Assembly: GCA_977030845.1 (NCBI GenBank)
Contig: OZ365110.1
Location: forward strand, 52,452,001-52,516,000
Origin: Fimbriosthenelais zetlandica
Taxonomy: Eukaryota
Length of the DNA: 64,000 nucleotides
Reading direction: 5' to 3'
The notes beneath the pieces are model-generated. The model saw nothing but the letters and a program-made list of their open reading frames with translations. It was not told the DNA's origin and made no database searches. Below are positions 11,801 through 23,100 of this stretch, piece after piece. The stretch's first letter is position 1. Each line of letters begins with the position of its first letter. Both the position numbers and the translations under genes were made by a program.

Positions 11801-13586
11801 AACATACATGGGACGGGTCAGGAGAAGAACCCAGGATATTCTCCCTCAAAGAAGGTCTATGGTTTTGTATGACGTCCCTCACTCCCCAAGGTAGGCCTAG
11901 ATGCTGAACAAACCCTTTTCATACTTTTCCCGATAATTAGGCCTACGCCTGTTTTTTTAGAAGATAAAATAATGACAGGCCCGGATTCAAAGAACAATTT
12001 CAAAAAGATTCCTTTGTATTGGCCTGTAAAGGTTTGTGACTGAAAAAGCATCAGTCAGAATAACATATTTTGTGATCCAGTCCTAAATTACATCACTAAT
12101 GTTCCTGTAACATTAATCATATCAGTTTTATTCACTGAAAAGAATTTGGGGTTAGGTGGGTAAGAAGGTTTAGCCTTAATGGTTTTCACTTTGCTCGGTA
12201 GGGGGAGGAGAGGCGCCACGTGCGTTATCAGGTCGGCTTGTGGCTGCCACTTGGTGGATGTTTGGCTTCATCATGATTGCTACCTACACGGCCAACCTAG
12301 CGGCCTTTTTGACAGTTTCCCGCCTGGATCAACCCATAGAATCCCTTGACGACCTGGCTAAACAGTTTAAAACCAAGTATGCTCCCCAAAATTCCACTGC
12401 CACTGCCACTTACTTCAAAAGGATGGCTGATATTGAAGAAAAGTTCTACACGTATGTATGGGCCTACACTATAGTATAATACAATTGTACTTTCCTATGC
12501 TCAATATTTGACACTTTTGGATATCAAATTTTGGAGCTATAGTACCTTACACCATGTTTTATCTGTTGTATTTGTTCTCGTAATTTCTTGAAGATTTTCC
12601 TTTTAGAATATGGAAAGCAATGAGTCTGAATGACTCTCTGGATAAGGTAGAGAGAGCTAAGCTGGCTGTGTGGGATTACCCTGTATCTGATAAATTTACC
12701 AATATGTGGATGGCTATGAATGACTCGGGATTCCCTCTGACTTTTGAAGAAGCTCTGGTTCGTGTGAAGACTACTGATGACAAAGAAGGCTTTGCTTTCA
12801 TAGGTTTGTGCGATTATTCCTCAGATCCATGCAAGCCGCGCTGTACTAGAATAGGTTACTCAACCTTGTAATGATGTCATCTTAGATTCTGGACACGCTG
12901 CTTTCTACTTCCGGTTCAGGCTACATCCCTTTGGTTCAAATCACTCCACTTTAGGTTAACTCTGGACTACATTGATTATCCTTTGTATATGTCGATGATA
13001 TATAACCGGAAAAATCGTAATTTTTTTCCTCCATTTTTCAGGTGATGCCACACAGAATAAGTATGCTGTACTGACGGACTGTGAGCTATGGGAGGTCGGC
13101 GAGGAATTCTCACGTAAACCCTATGCTTTAGCAGTACAGGAAGGTAGCCCTCTCAAAAATGAACTCTCAAGCGTGTAAGTATAGTTCTAAAAAATAAACC
13201 TATACTATAAATTTGACAATCCGGTCTAAAGTTACAGGAAACATGGACAGAGGTGTCATACTCATCATTAACCTTTCAGCATCTTGCAGCTGCTAAATCA
13301 ACGCTATTTGGAAGATTTGAAGACAGAATGGTGGGAGTTCAACAAGACAGAGTGTGCTAAGATTGAGGATGAGAGTGATGGGATCAGCATACAGAATATT
13401 GGTGGAGTGTTCCTTGTCATTTTCATAGGTATAGGTCTAGGTGTCCTCACACTCGCCTTTGAGTACTACTGGTACAAGTGGCGCCCTCAGCAAAGTGGCG
13501 GCGAAACAGAGAACCGACAGGGGACAACTGTGGCTAACAAGAACGTTCAGGGCATAACCAACGATGGCTTCACCAACACCACATAA
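2788..13586 (+). CDS. Ir25a: Ionotropic receptor co-receptor IR25a-like (iGluR-related), complete 17-exon gene, 907 aa
   Basis: Exons 2788-2881, 3142-3300, 3823-4089, 4459-4634, 5229-5282, 5396-5524, 5619-5789, 6019-6138, 6324-6419, 6861-6960, 7739-7866, 10184-10353, 11718-11890, 12202-12451, 12607-12803, 13042-13174, 13280-13586 join in phase (2724 nt, all GT-AG). Signal peptide, N-terminal domain, [28 protein letters not shown], pore LWFCMTSLTPQGGGEAP, M3 TYTANLAAFLTVSR, co-receptor extra loop IWKAMSLNDSL..ERAKLAVWDYPVSDK, FSRKPYALAVQEGSPLK, M4 NIGGVFLVIFIGIGL. Confidence 0.93.
3142..3300 (+). CDS. Ir25a: Ir25a exon 2 (N-terminal domain)
   Basis: AG/GT bounded, phase 1-1, VAVIDAKRPEVEMNLRTAV..SFTAMTQ. 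Confidence 0.8.
3273..3601 (+). repeat. Diverged direct duplication (~123 bp x2) spanning the Ir25a exon 2 donor
   Basis: 3273-3395 and 3479-3601 align at roughly 90% by eye. Confidence 0.9.
3647..3789 (+). mobile_element. 5'-truncated SINE-like retroposon with (AATC)n tail
   Basis: Near-identical to the copy at 7952-9439; flanked by a 15-bp direct repeat TCGAAGATTATTGAT (3632-3646 and 3790-3804). Confidence 0.8.
3823..4089 (+). CDS. Ir25a: Ir25a exon 3 (N-terminal domain)
   Basis: VCASFETGVSLVVDLS..LGLPYISS..FIPPATTML..ENLTNVGIIYDNTF; phase 1-1. Confidence 0.88.
4123..4333. mobile_element. MITE with ~45-bp imperfect TIRs, PIF/Harbinger-like ends
   Basis: Left agccgggaatacactaatcc..ccatccgata versus reverse complement of right end agccaggaatacactaatcc..ccatcagata; followed by tta. 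Confidence 0.75.
4459..4634 (+). CDS. Ir25a: Ir25a exon 4
   Basis: DLENKPKRLLRNIPAQHL..EEQLRKIKKAELQHVFL; donor gttagt in phase 0. Confidence 0.82.
5229..5282 (+). CDS. Ir25a: Ir25a exon 5 (54 nt)
   Basis: tttatag|ANRVGMTNFKYTWYILTK|gtaagg, phase 0-0. Confidence 0.8.
5396..5524 (+). CDS. Ir25a: Ir25a exon 6
   Basis: DAVMTCTNCAGPVTVVVMK..EDIE|gtacgt, phase 0-0. Confidence 0.8.
5619..5789 (+). CDS. Ir25a: Ir25a exon 7
   Basis: LEAAYQFDMMNVIGLAL..ITECY..QSIKE|gtaaaa, phase 0-0. Confidence 0.82.
6019..6138 (+). CDS. Ir25a: Ir25a exon 8
   Basis: VNWEGIFGDFYW..QNQE|gtaagt, phase 0-0. Confidence 0.85.
6324..6419 (+). CDS. Ir25a: Ir25a exon 9 (end of N-terminal domain, start of S1)
   Basis: IGNWTKAQHL..TYRVVTLK|gtaaat, phase 0-0. 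Confidence 0.87.
6861..6960 (+). CDS. Ir25a: Ir25a exon 10 (S1)
   Basis: EPPFVFRE..YFGYCI, phase 0-1. Confidence 0.88.
7739..7866 (+). CDS. Ir25a: Ir25a exon 11 (S1)
   Basis: DLIYKINETLRFDF..YGSM..WNGMVYDL|gtgagt. Confidence 0.92.
8068..9366. mobile_element. Non-autonomous DNA transposon (MITE) nested in the SINE
   Basis: 14-bp perfect TIR CAGGGGCGTAGGAA / TTCCTACGCCCCTG; 5-bp direct repeat CACAA at 8063-8067 and 9367-9371. Confidence 0.85.
8709..9157 (+). repeat. Minisatellite, ~28 units of 15-16 bp with an AATTAGAC core
   Basis: Units such as aattagacacccagat and aattagacactggat read directly; a few inverted units (gtgtctaatt) follow to ~9280. Confidence 0.9.
9739..10118 (+). repeat. Near-tandem direct duplication (~155 bp x2)
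   Basis: 9739-9893 versus 9911-10118; the second copy has 53 extra bp. Confidence 0.92.
10184..10353 (+). CDS. Ir25a: Ir25a exon 12 (S1 to pre-M1)
   Basis: [45 protein letters not shown]. Confidence 0.95.
11718..11890 (+). CDS. Ir25a: Ir25a exon 13 (M1, pore)
   Basis: CVLSAFIIVSVLLAVFDKFSPYSYQNN..FSLKEGLWFCMTSLTPQ. Confidence 0.95.
12202..12451 (+). CDS. Ir25a: Ir25a exon 14 (M3, S2 start)
   Basis: GGGEAPRALSGRLVAATWWMFGFIMIATYTANLAAFLTVSRLDQPIESLDDL..YFKRMADIEEKFY. Confidence 0.95.
12607..12803 (+). CDS. Ir25a: Ir25a exon 15 (co-receptor extra loop, S2)
   Basis: IWKAMSLNDSLDKVERAKLAVWDYPVSDKFTNMW..GFAFI; contains an NDS sequon. Confidence 0.95.
13042..13174 (+). CDS. Ir25a: Ir25a exon 16 (S2)
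   Basis: GDATQNKYAVLTDCELWEVGEEFSRKPYALAVQEGSPLKNELSS. Confidence 0.95.
13280..13586 (+). CDS. Ir25a: Ir25a exon 17 (S2 end, M4, C-tail, stop)
   Basis: ILQLLNQRYLEDLKTEWW..DGISIQNIGGVFLVIFIGIGL..FEYYWYK; TAA at 13584-13586. Confidence 0.93.
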
Positions 13587-14168
13587 ATGTTAGAATTATG
13601 CAGTATCAACCAAAGCAATGAATCGACAAAATCTGATAACTGAAATGCACAAGATATTCTGATAAAGTTCAATGTTGGACATGATCTCAAATAGCCATTC
13701 CTTACAGAAGTTGGCTATCAATGACAATGCATGAAGGACTGCGCTTCACAGGACTGATGTACATCTATGTTAGTGTTGTAACATAATTTTACTTATCCTA
13801 TCCTATCGTGTCATGAATGTTGTCTCGTTATTTGAGCCAAAATATTTAAAACATGCCTAAAATGAATGTATTCCTTTCGTTCAATCGTTATACGACTTTC
13901 CTTACTATACACATTTGTGTACAAGTTTTGTATGTAAGGTTTTGCAGCTGGCTGTATAAAAATGATGCCAATACAATTAATGTACTGCATTACGATTGTG
14001 TTAAAATATGTGTTCTTTTGATCTCTTTTACTGTGATAATCGATTGACTTATTATAGGTCTATATATTATGCGAGAGTAATGTATCCCTACTGTGGATCT
14101 GTTAGTAGTTGGTATAAGTCTACTAATAAATTAGGGGCATGGTTATTATACATTTAAGCATAAATTAA

Positions 14169-14368
14169 AGCCGGAGCTCCACTGCTGCGACAGTGCTTGC
14201 GACACTACTGCGACAATGGTGATGCTTGTGAAGTTGTGTAAGAATAAAATTTATAAATTGTGATTCAAGTGTCTAAGGCCTTAAGGCCGTCCTCCAATGG
14301 TAAATTTATCATTGAAACACAAGCATTACCTTTGTCGCAAGCAAATTCGCAGCAGTGGAGCCCCAGCT
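14169..14368. mobile_element. MITE family A copy 1, PIF/Harbinger-like ends
   Basis: TIR agccggagctccactgctgcga / tcgcagcagtggagccccagct; taa and tta flanks; second copy at 23423-23633. Confidence 0.8.
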
Positions 14369-17300
14369 TTACTATTGAAATAAACTTCAAAGATGTTGGT
14401 TGTTCAACAGCTAATTTATTTCTCTTACACATTTATTTTATGGGTGGATTCAGTTACAGGACATGAACTTAGATTGAATTGGCTATTATCTTGTTAATGC
14501 CCATTCATAATTAATGTGAAAGACTGTAAAACAAGCATCGTTTGCTGTGGTTGACAAATCAACCATGCAGCTAATGTTATATATATATACATATCCATAA
14601 ATTGGATATTCTTCACTAAAGCAAACTGACTATTTCATTACAAAACAGAATTAGAAATGGAATCATTTACGTAGATATAATACATTAATCACGAAAACAA
14701 AAAAGTCCTTCAAAATAAGAAATAACGGAAATGCAAAGTACTTCAAAAGAAATGTATGAAGCATTTAAATCCCATGCCCTTCAGAAAATGGAAATTTTAA
14801 GCCAAAAAAGAGAGGCTGAATAATTTATCAGATTCTAGAAGATACTTTGGCATCTCTGGGAATTTTCAGAAGCCTTTCCTTTAATAATAGGACATCCATT
14901 CCATCAAAGAGTTACTTGTTTAAGGTAATTTACTTAATATGCAAAGAATTGTGCATGAGGATAATTTAATGTCTTTCAATATGAATTTAGGTTCAAGCAT
15001 TGATCAACACTTGCTCCCTTTGGAAATGATGTTAGCAGTAAAGCAAAGGTTGGAACAATAAATTTAAAGTGGAAGCTGATGTAGTCAAGCCAAATTCAAA
15101 TTGAACAGCTATATGTGAAAAAATGACTTTTCACAGTGTGGAAAATAATTATTCCCTCTGTTTTCTACAGTTACCTATGTATATATGCATATATGTAGAT
15201 AGTTTAAAACTATACTTATAACATTTTTTTAACCAGTAACGTTCATGGCATAACTAACATCACAGATCTACTGTGAATTCTATTTATCTGCAATCAACGT
15301 TTTCTTTAAATATATCAAAAAGGTTCCAGACGTTTTGTAAATAGTCCATATCGAAACATAGTGGATCCTGACCCTAACTGCGTCTAACCTGGGTGATATT
15401 TGAGTCAGAGATTAAACGCAATCTCCACTATTATGTAACACCATAATATATAGACAATATATCACATTACCTACACACAACACTCAGTGTTAACTTAGTT
15501 ACTTCTCTTAGACACATTACATTTCATTTCTTGTTATCATTTAAGTAGGTACAAATGCAACATTTCCAAACTTATCTAAGTTTTCCTTTACATAAATACA
15601 CATTTTTACACACACTTATCTAAGCTATTAGGTGCATATTATCATGAAGACGTGTGTGAAAGTATCTCATGTGTACATGTAATATACCGGTGTGTCAGTA
15701 TATACAGTGGAAAATACAGATCTGTCTATGTAAGTGCTTGAAGCCATCTATTATAGCTATATATTTTCAGCTATATTATGGGGTCAATGTGTATACAAAA
15801 AATGTCATGAGTCACAGTTTCCATGACGAGTTTAAACCCAATCCATCCAAATATACACCATCCTTCACTCACCCACACAGGTCTATTATACCTTATAGGG
15901 AGTGACATAGATTCCATATTTCTCTCGATAACATACCTTTGATTCAAGTTTCCAACACAAATTGTTGAATTTAGTAACCCCAACCATGGGGTGGATCTAT
16001 ATCCAAAATATTTTATGTATATAGAAAATGGTCAAATTTGAAAATAGTTTTAGAAGATATACTTTTTGAAGAAATGGAATTATCATGCCGGGGACATTTG
16101 ACTTTTATATATAATTAACGAAGATAAATTAGGATAATACCCCTCTGAATTTTTGGATAAGGATATTGTCATGGAAAACAGGGACATCACATACGGAACT
16201 CAGAGAGTTGAAAATTGAGTATAGCAAAAATAAATTTCTAGATATTGTGTTATTAGCATGTGTATAAAGACTTCTAACAGCTCATTCCCTGCTTGTTTTA
16301 GACAAGTGTATCATAGGCCCAAAGACCTCGAGAGAGGTTTTTAGAAGGTGGTTTCACGGTTTTAAAGATTTCAGCCAAATGTTTAATTATGTCCTTAAAC
16401 ATTTGGCATATAGAACCGTGTGGCCAATTATGTCTATCTTTTGCATTAACATAGGAGAGAGCACCGATATATCATATGGCAAGTGGATATTTTACCAATG
16501 GATTCGGCCAATACACACATGTGTAGATTCTTTCCAGATTGCATGAATTACTTCTATCTGTGCCAGTGAAAAAAATACAGTTCTAAAAGTCACCATCTAT
16601 ATAGATCGCTAGCCTAGACATATTAAAACAGCAAGATAAGGTATTAGAAAGTTGGTCCTTCATTTGGGAATTAAAGTCAGTATCTGTAACTTGGCAGATG
16701 AGGAGGAAAATGAAACTGAAAGGAAGGGAAATTGATAAAAAAAAAAGCCTGAGGTCAATCATGGAAAGACGTAATCAGCATGGAGAAAGTTGCTATTTAA
16801 GAATAAATCTCATAAAGACAATGAAGAAGGCGTACCATATAATAACATGGACCAGATAATGACTTATAACCCCATGCCTTAAGAATCATATAAATGTAGC
16901 GACATCAAATTCATATTGATTAGATTCAAACTTAAAAACATAATTTCATCACATGAGTAAAATATGGATCAAATCCATAGCTCCTACACAACGCCGGATT
17001 AAACAGATTATAAACTCTCTGCTTCTCACAAAATAAAAGGAAAATAGTTCATATTTTAACAACTATGGTATATCTGGACTGCCTAAAATACTAGGATAAT
17101 ATTATCTATGCTACATTGCATATCTCTGTGGGATATAGTCAATGAAGTCTCTTATTGCAACTTTAGGTATGAGAATAATAGTGCCTCTCACTTCTTATCA
17201 CCACTAAGAATATATCTATATAACATCTATTTATAAAGAGAGTTACACTTACTGAAATCCTTTCCCCATTTGTACTCAAATTCATGCACAAGCTGACAAT

Positions 17301-18561
17301 GGCTATTTTCCCTTTCACGGTAAAGTTATCCATAAAATTATCAATACAACACAAAGGATAATATGAAATAACTTAAACAGGATCATTAAAGTGTTTAACT
17401 TCACACTTCATCTTGGGAGAAGGGAGGAACACATCCTTGGTTAAATTGAGAAGAAATTGCACAAGAAAATACCACTATATTAAAACAACAGAAAATTAGG
17501 GCAGACCAAGAAATAAGCCAGCTCGGTCAGAGAAAATGTCTTACAGACTAAACTTAAGTACTTTAACTTTCTGAAAAAATCTTTTGGAAGTAGAAAGAAA
17601 AATACACAGTTTTTGTAAGATTAATTTACATATTGTTACAATACTAAAACCAGCAATACCTCGGCCATCTTAATGACCAAGCACAAATTTGTACACCACT
17701 GTAGAATTATTAAAACTAGCATTCAGTCTATGAACAGTATTACGCATCTTTACGTTCACATTACGCTATCACATCAAGGAGAAAACTAAGTAAGCCATCT
17801 AGGATATCAGTGTCACTTATGAGCTCTATATTTTGGCCAATGATTAGAATATAACATGACCCTTATGCTCAAATGAAATCTCTTTAAATCTAGAATCTCT
17901 TTTTGATTAAACTATTTTGCATATCAGTAAATTCACGTATATATTATTTACATTTCGGCAGAAAATAAAATAGAAACTGAGGGTGAATGTCATCAGTTGC
18001 ACAACTCAATATATCTAAATCTGGGTTGCAAAATAATGCAGGAACGCAATGAAAGAATAGCAAGAGTAGCACACCTGTGTAGCACTTTGTTCATATACCA
18101 GGTCGTAATTGGTTTGATCAATACCACAACATCCAAGAATGTCCATTAAACCTGTGATACCAGACTAGCATTTCCACCTTCTACCATGTTTGCAATTCAT
18201 TCAATCAAATATTAATTATCCTCAGTAGTATTAACAACATATATGGAAGGACTTCTAATATACGGCAAATCTGTTTTATACCAAACACCGATTCTTTATC
18301 TTCTTGGCCGAAGTAGATTTGGAGAAATGGAAGCCAAAGTCTTAAAATATCAAGTAACTTTCATAAGACTAAGTGACTATTTATTCACAGTTAGGACATG
18401 TTCTTATTTTAATGCGATTTCTTTGATTTCACAAAAGTTACACAGACACTGTAACTTTTAAAAGGAATTTCCAATCACAACTTACATATATATACAAGTC
18501 AACCAGTGACATGTGAGAAAAGAATTTAGGACTAGTTTTGTTACCAAAAGAAAATGTATTA

Positions 18562-18567
18562 TTTATT
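18562..18567 (-). promoter_or_regulatory. Candidate polyadenylation signal for SAC2
   Basis: AATAAA on the - strand ~170 nt after the stop; such hexamers are common in AT-rich DNA. Confidence 0.25.
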
Positions 18568-18737
18568 CAATGGCTCCCCACACAAAATAACATGCAGCAG
18601 GGAGGTATTTTCCTCAATCAATTACTTTCCCCCAACCGCAAAATTAATATTTAAACATTTTCTATCGTTTGATTTAATTAAAAAACAAAACAGATCTGAC
18701 TAATTTAATTAGTACTTAAGTTGATATACGAGTTATA

Positions 18738-20184
18738 CTATAAGAGAATTATTCTGGTCTTGCACTCTTTGAACCTAAGCTCTGATAAATATTTGTTTTC
18801 CATGGCCATATGCAGGGCCTGGGAACGCTTGGACTGCCCAGAGACTATGTTTGGGATGGCAAGGTTAGACATTTTGACTCGGAGTTTGGAGAATGGCGAG
18901 GAGAGGCCAGATGCTTCAGATTGCTTGAGATCCACATCTAAATGCTCCATCTCATGGAAGGTTGTAGATAGCGACGTGTCGCTGAATGATAGCTTCATAC
19001 TCGGGTGGATCATCTGGATCTTTGGATGTCGGGGTCTCTCTGTGTCATCTTCAATGGAGGTAGCAGGGGCTTGTTCCTGGGATGACTTGAAGACATCAGT
19101 GTCTGAACTAACACCACTATTCACCCCTGTCATAGTGTCCATCACCTGAGCACCGGATCCTTGCTGATTGGATGTTGGGAGGCTCTCAGATGAACCATTC
19201 ATTTCATGGTTTTCTTCTTTTAAAACGGGAGGTAGAGAGAATAACTTTTTGGGCCCATCTGTACTGGACCTTCCCGGTGGCCTGGCTGCACTTCCCGGTG
19301 GTTGATTTGCACCAGTCTTCCTGATATCTTCTTTGGCCATTTCGTTGATTATTTCCTCGATGGGAGGGACTGTAGCACCAGCTCGCTTCTTTTCATACAA
19401 ATCAGCTGAGCTATGGTGGCGTTTGCGACGTTTGTTGATTAGATCAACTGAACATGGCTTAGCTGGGCCTGCCAGCCCTGCTGTATCCTGAGCACCGTGT
19501 CTTGGTTCCCTGTCATGGTCAATTCTGCTGCCTGTAATCTCTTTATTATCAGCACCTGAACCTGTCCTTCTCCCGAACAAGAGAGCATCATCCGAGTTGG
19601 TCCTGTGTCGATCCTTCAGCAGGGAAGATAAAACTTGACTTGAGGAAGTTGCTAGGATACCACAGCTTGAAAGGATGACGTCAGTGTCTGTTGCACAGAG
19701 GTCGATCTGGCCTGCCCTATCCATGTCATCCTCATTGAGGTCATCATCAATGTCTTCAATGTTGTAGTTGTGTTCTACCGTGATGAACTTACCATCGGGG
19801 CCATCTTTGTACACCTCTTCCCCAGACACAATATGATCCCCTTTCAGTATCCGCGCCCTCTCAAGACTGTTCTTTTTCTCTTCCTCACTGTCACTGTCTT
19901 TATCCTGCTTGGAGTACCAGACAGCAGGGACAAAGCCTGGCATGCGTGGGGCTCGCAGCCGGCTGAACTTCACCTTGTTCATGGGGTTCAAACCAGCAAA
20001 GGTTCGGCCAAGTTTGGCAATGTTAAGGCCAGGTGGAGGCTTGATGCGGTCAAAGGGAGATTTATCTCCACCGGTAGACGAGAGACTGGAAGTATCACGA
20101 GATAACGGAGACCAACGAGACCACGTGGAGGTCTGCACCTGAGACGCCACATTGATTACATTACAATGAGGCTTGGACTTTTTC
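18738..20184 (-). CDS. INPP5F: SAC2 terminal exon (1447 nt, low-complexity tail)
   Basis: tttgtgcag|RKKSKPH.. continues the ORF 18738-20192 to ..CKTRIILL*. Confidence 0.9.
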
Positions 20185-23100
20185 CTGCACAAACAGAAAT
20201 ACAGTGATTAAGTATTACTAAAGGGAGGAAAGTGTTAGTCCTGAATGCACAAACAGAAATACAGTGATTAAGTATTACTAAAGGGAGGAAAGTGTTAGTC
20301 CTGATCGATATTCAGTGTATGAGATAGTTATGTGTTAGATTTATATTCACCATCAAGTCAGATTAACATTTTTGTTACCTTTCTAATTTTGTGTCAATTA
20401 TTGCTACATCTTCTCTCTCCATCAGCTTCAAGGCGGCATTGAAGGACTCACAAACTGCTCGTAGTGATTCTGACAAAAGACAATTTTCATAGCTTTAGCA
20501 AATACATCCGGGTACTGGATTCAAGAAGTCCAATAAGCAATGTCAACACAAGTGAACAAATTATAACTACATAAAAGCAGTATTAAGCTATGGAGTTTAC
20601 CCCTGGCCTCCTCTTCGTTCTTTATTGCTATAACAATGTTGTTGAAGAGGCGAGTGTTGGTGGTTCGGAACATGTGGAAGAAGCCAGATTCACCATCGTG
20701 TCGGTACCAGATCCTCAGACATACATGTCTGGACTTGAATATAGATGGAGCAGGACCTGAACAATAAGGAGACAGTAGTCAATGGTGGGCAAAAACATTA
20801 TACACATTATACAGCTCTAGTATTAGAGACACTTACCAATTTCTATCTTCTCTAATTGGTCAAGCTGGATCTTCTGATAACTTGTCACTGTATCAATCTC
20901 ATCGTCATAGCTGTATAAGGAAATTCAGACATTGAGTACTATCATTAAGCTGAAAGTAACATATCAATTCATGGATAAACTGATTTATTATACCCCTGAT
21001 ACTGATCTCCCATAGCCTTAACATAGGAGTCTGATATTGGCATCAGAGTGCCATAATTTGTCCTGTATTCACTCTGTGACGTCACAGACATTGTTTCTAG
21101 GTAACAGCATTGTAATGGTCGATTAAAAGCCATATTTCTTCCATTTATTAACAATTTTTAATCGTTTTTTGGTGGTCAAAGGTATAATAAATCAAGAACC
21201 GTTCTGTGTATTTATTTGGTGAGCTTTCAAACAATCACTTGAACTTTAAACGCATAACTAGCTCAGGGAAACATAAGGTAAATGCATACTTGGCTATATA
21301 GTAAGCACGCTGAGAGAGGAGCAGTATCATATCCATATCTTGCTGCGTGGGATCACCAGACCTGCAGTATACAAAAAGAAATCCAACATTTTACCAAATC
21401 CTTGAATATGGGGACAGATCCGAAATATGCCTTCCAAAAGAGGCAGTGACAAGATCAAGGCAATGACATGAAAACCTGGATATCAGAACAAATGTTAAGC
21501 TGGGCTAATTCTAACCACAAATTTCTTTTAAAAGTGCTAAAGACACCAAATTTCTTTTAGCAATTTGCTGTTGGCGTTAGCAGATGTCAATTTGAAGGAA
21601 ACATTGCTAGTTGGATTTTTCCTTCAACTCTGATATTTGTGTGATTTTGCGGTGGTTAGGTGTGATTTTTATTTCGCAAATTTAGCGAATAAGTCATTTT
21701 AAATTAGCATTTTTATTCGCAATTTGCGACAGTGCGATCGGGTAGAGCGAGCCCAGTTAAGGATAGAAGGATAAGAATTGACATACGTAGGATCACAATC
21801 TATAAGCCCCCAGCCACCCAGGCAGGCCTCTGGTTCTATGATGAGCATCTTTTTCCATTCATCTATCAATGTCTTCATGTTCTCTTCTTTTTCGACCAGT
21901 ACAAAGTCGTCTTCGTCCCCGTCTCCTCCCCGGCCCACGGCGCTCCCAGCGTTGATCACCATGGCCAGCTCCTCCGAGTTGCTCACTCCAAGCATGAGGT
22001 CAATGGTCGCCTGGCGGTAGATGTCCTTAAACTGGTTCCTGTAGTACCTGTTACAAAAGGAATGAATGAATGAATGAATGAATGAATGAATGAATGAATG
22101 AATGAATGAATGAATGAATGAATGAATGGTGATTTAACGCCATGCCAGCTGCTAAAGGCTATATTCATGGCGAGACATATTTTATCAAACAATTAATATT
22201 GAAACATTAGGACCAAAACCATCAAGATGAAATCAATGGGGTTAAAAGAAGCACGTAGATAAGAGTAAAATGTTGAGGTAAAAGTCTAGAAAGTAAAAGG
22301 CTTGATCTATATAATCAGCAGTGTTTATAAAAGCATGTAAATTCTGACAGTCTTTAAGAACTGTAAAATCACTTCTGCTTTCTGTTACAAAAGGAAATCT
22401 TATTATTCTTCCCAGAAATAGATGCATAGTCTACAGTGTAAAGTTCAACCAGATGGTTGGGGTTAATGAGCCAGACATGCAATGACTTGTGAACAATACA
22501 GAGCCAGGGAAACACCGGGCTGTGTATAATAACATGGAATCTTGAAATATTTCTGATAAGAAGGAGAAATTACCTGTTTGCTGAGTTTACCCCATCTTTC
22601 ATTAAACCAGTGAATTTCCTTTCGCCAGTCCTCGTAAAATCTCCCTGAAAAATGACAACAAATTGTGATATAGTACATGGAAAATAAACTTTGTTAAAGT
22701 TGATCATTTACCGCTGAAAGACCTCAATTGAGCAGCCTGTCTGAGAAACTAACTGGAATCTACTGCAGGCAAACGTCACTCAATTGCCACCATTACTTCC
22801 GTTAGAAAAAAACACTACAGGGCTGATATTCCCTGTGGTGCAATTGGGGAAGAGAGAGGAAAGGAAGGGGAAACTATAGACCTTTCCTCTTAATTTAAAC
22901 TTTACACCTGCTCCCTGTTCTCATTACTGTCCCATATGCGATTCATATGTTCTAGAAATGGTCCAAAACAGCAGTAAAATCTGACCTTAATCATGATTTT
23001 TTTTTTAAACAAATTGCTTAGATCATTTTTCATAATGAACTAACCCCCGATCTAGGGTGGTCTAGTGTAATATTGAATGAATTTTGATACTCAAATTGCT

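Noticed and set aside
15900-16600. Possible decayed reverse-transcriptase relic between the convergent genes
   Set aside because: Only a vague impression; there is no open frame or identifiable motif I can support without a translated search.
18721-20142. Plus-strand ORFs of 142, 111 and 77 aa inside the SAC2 last exon
   Set aside because: Antisense shadows of a long coding exon; no recognisable domain.
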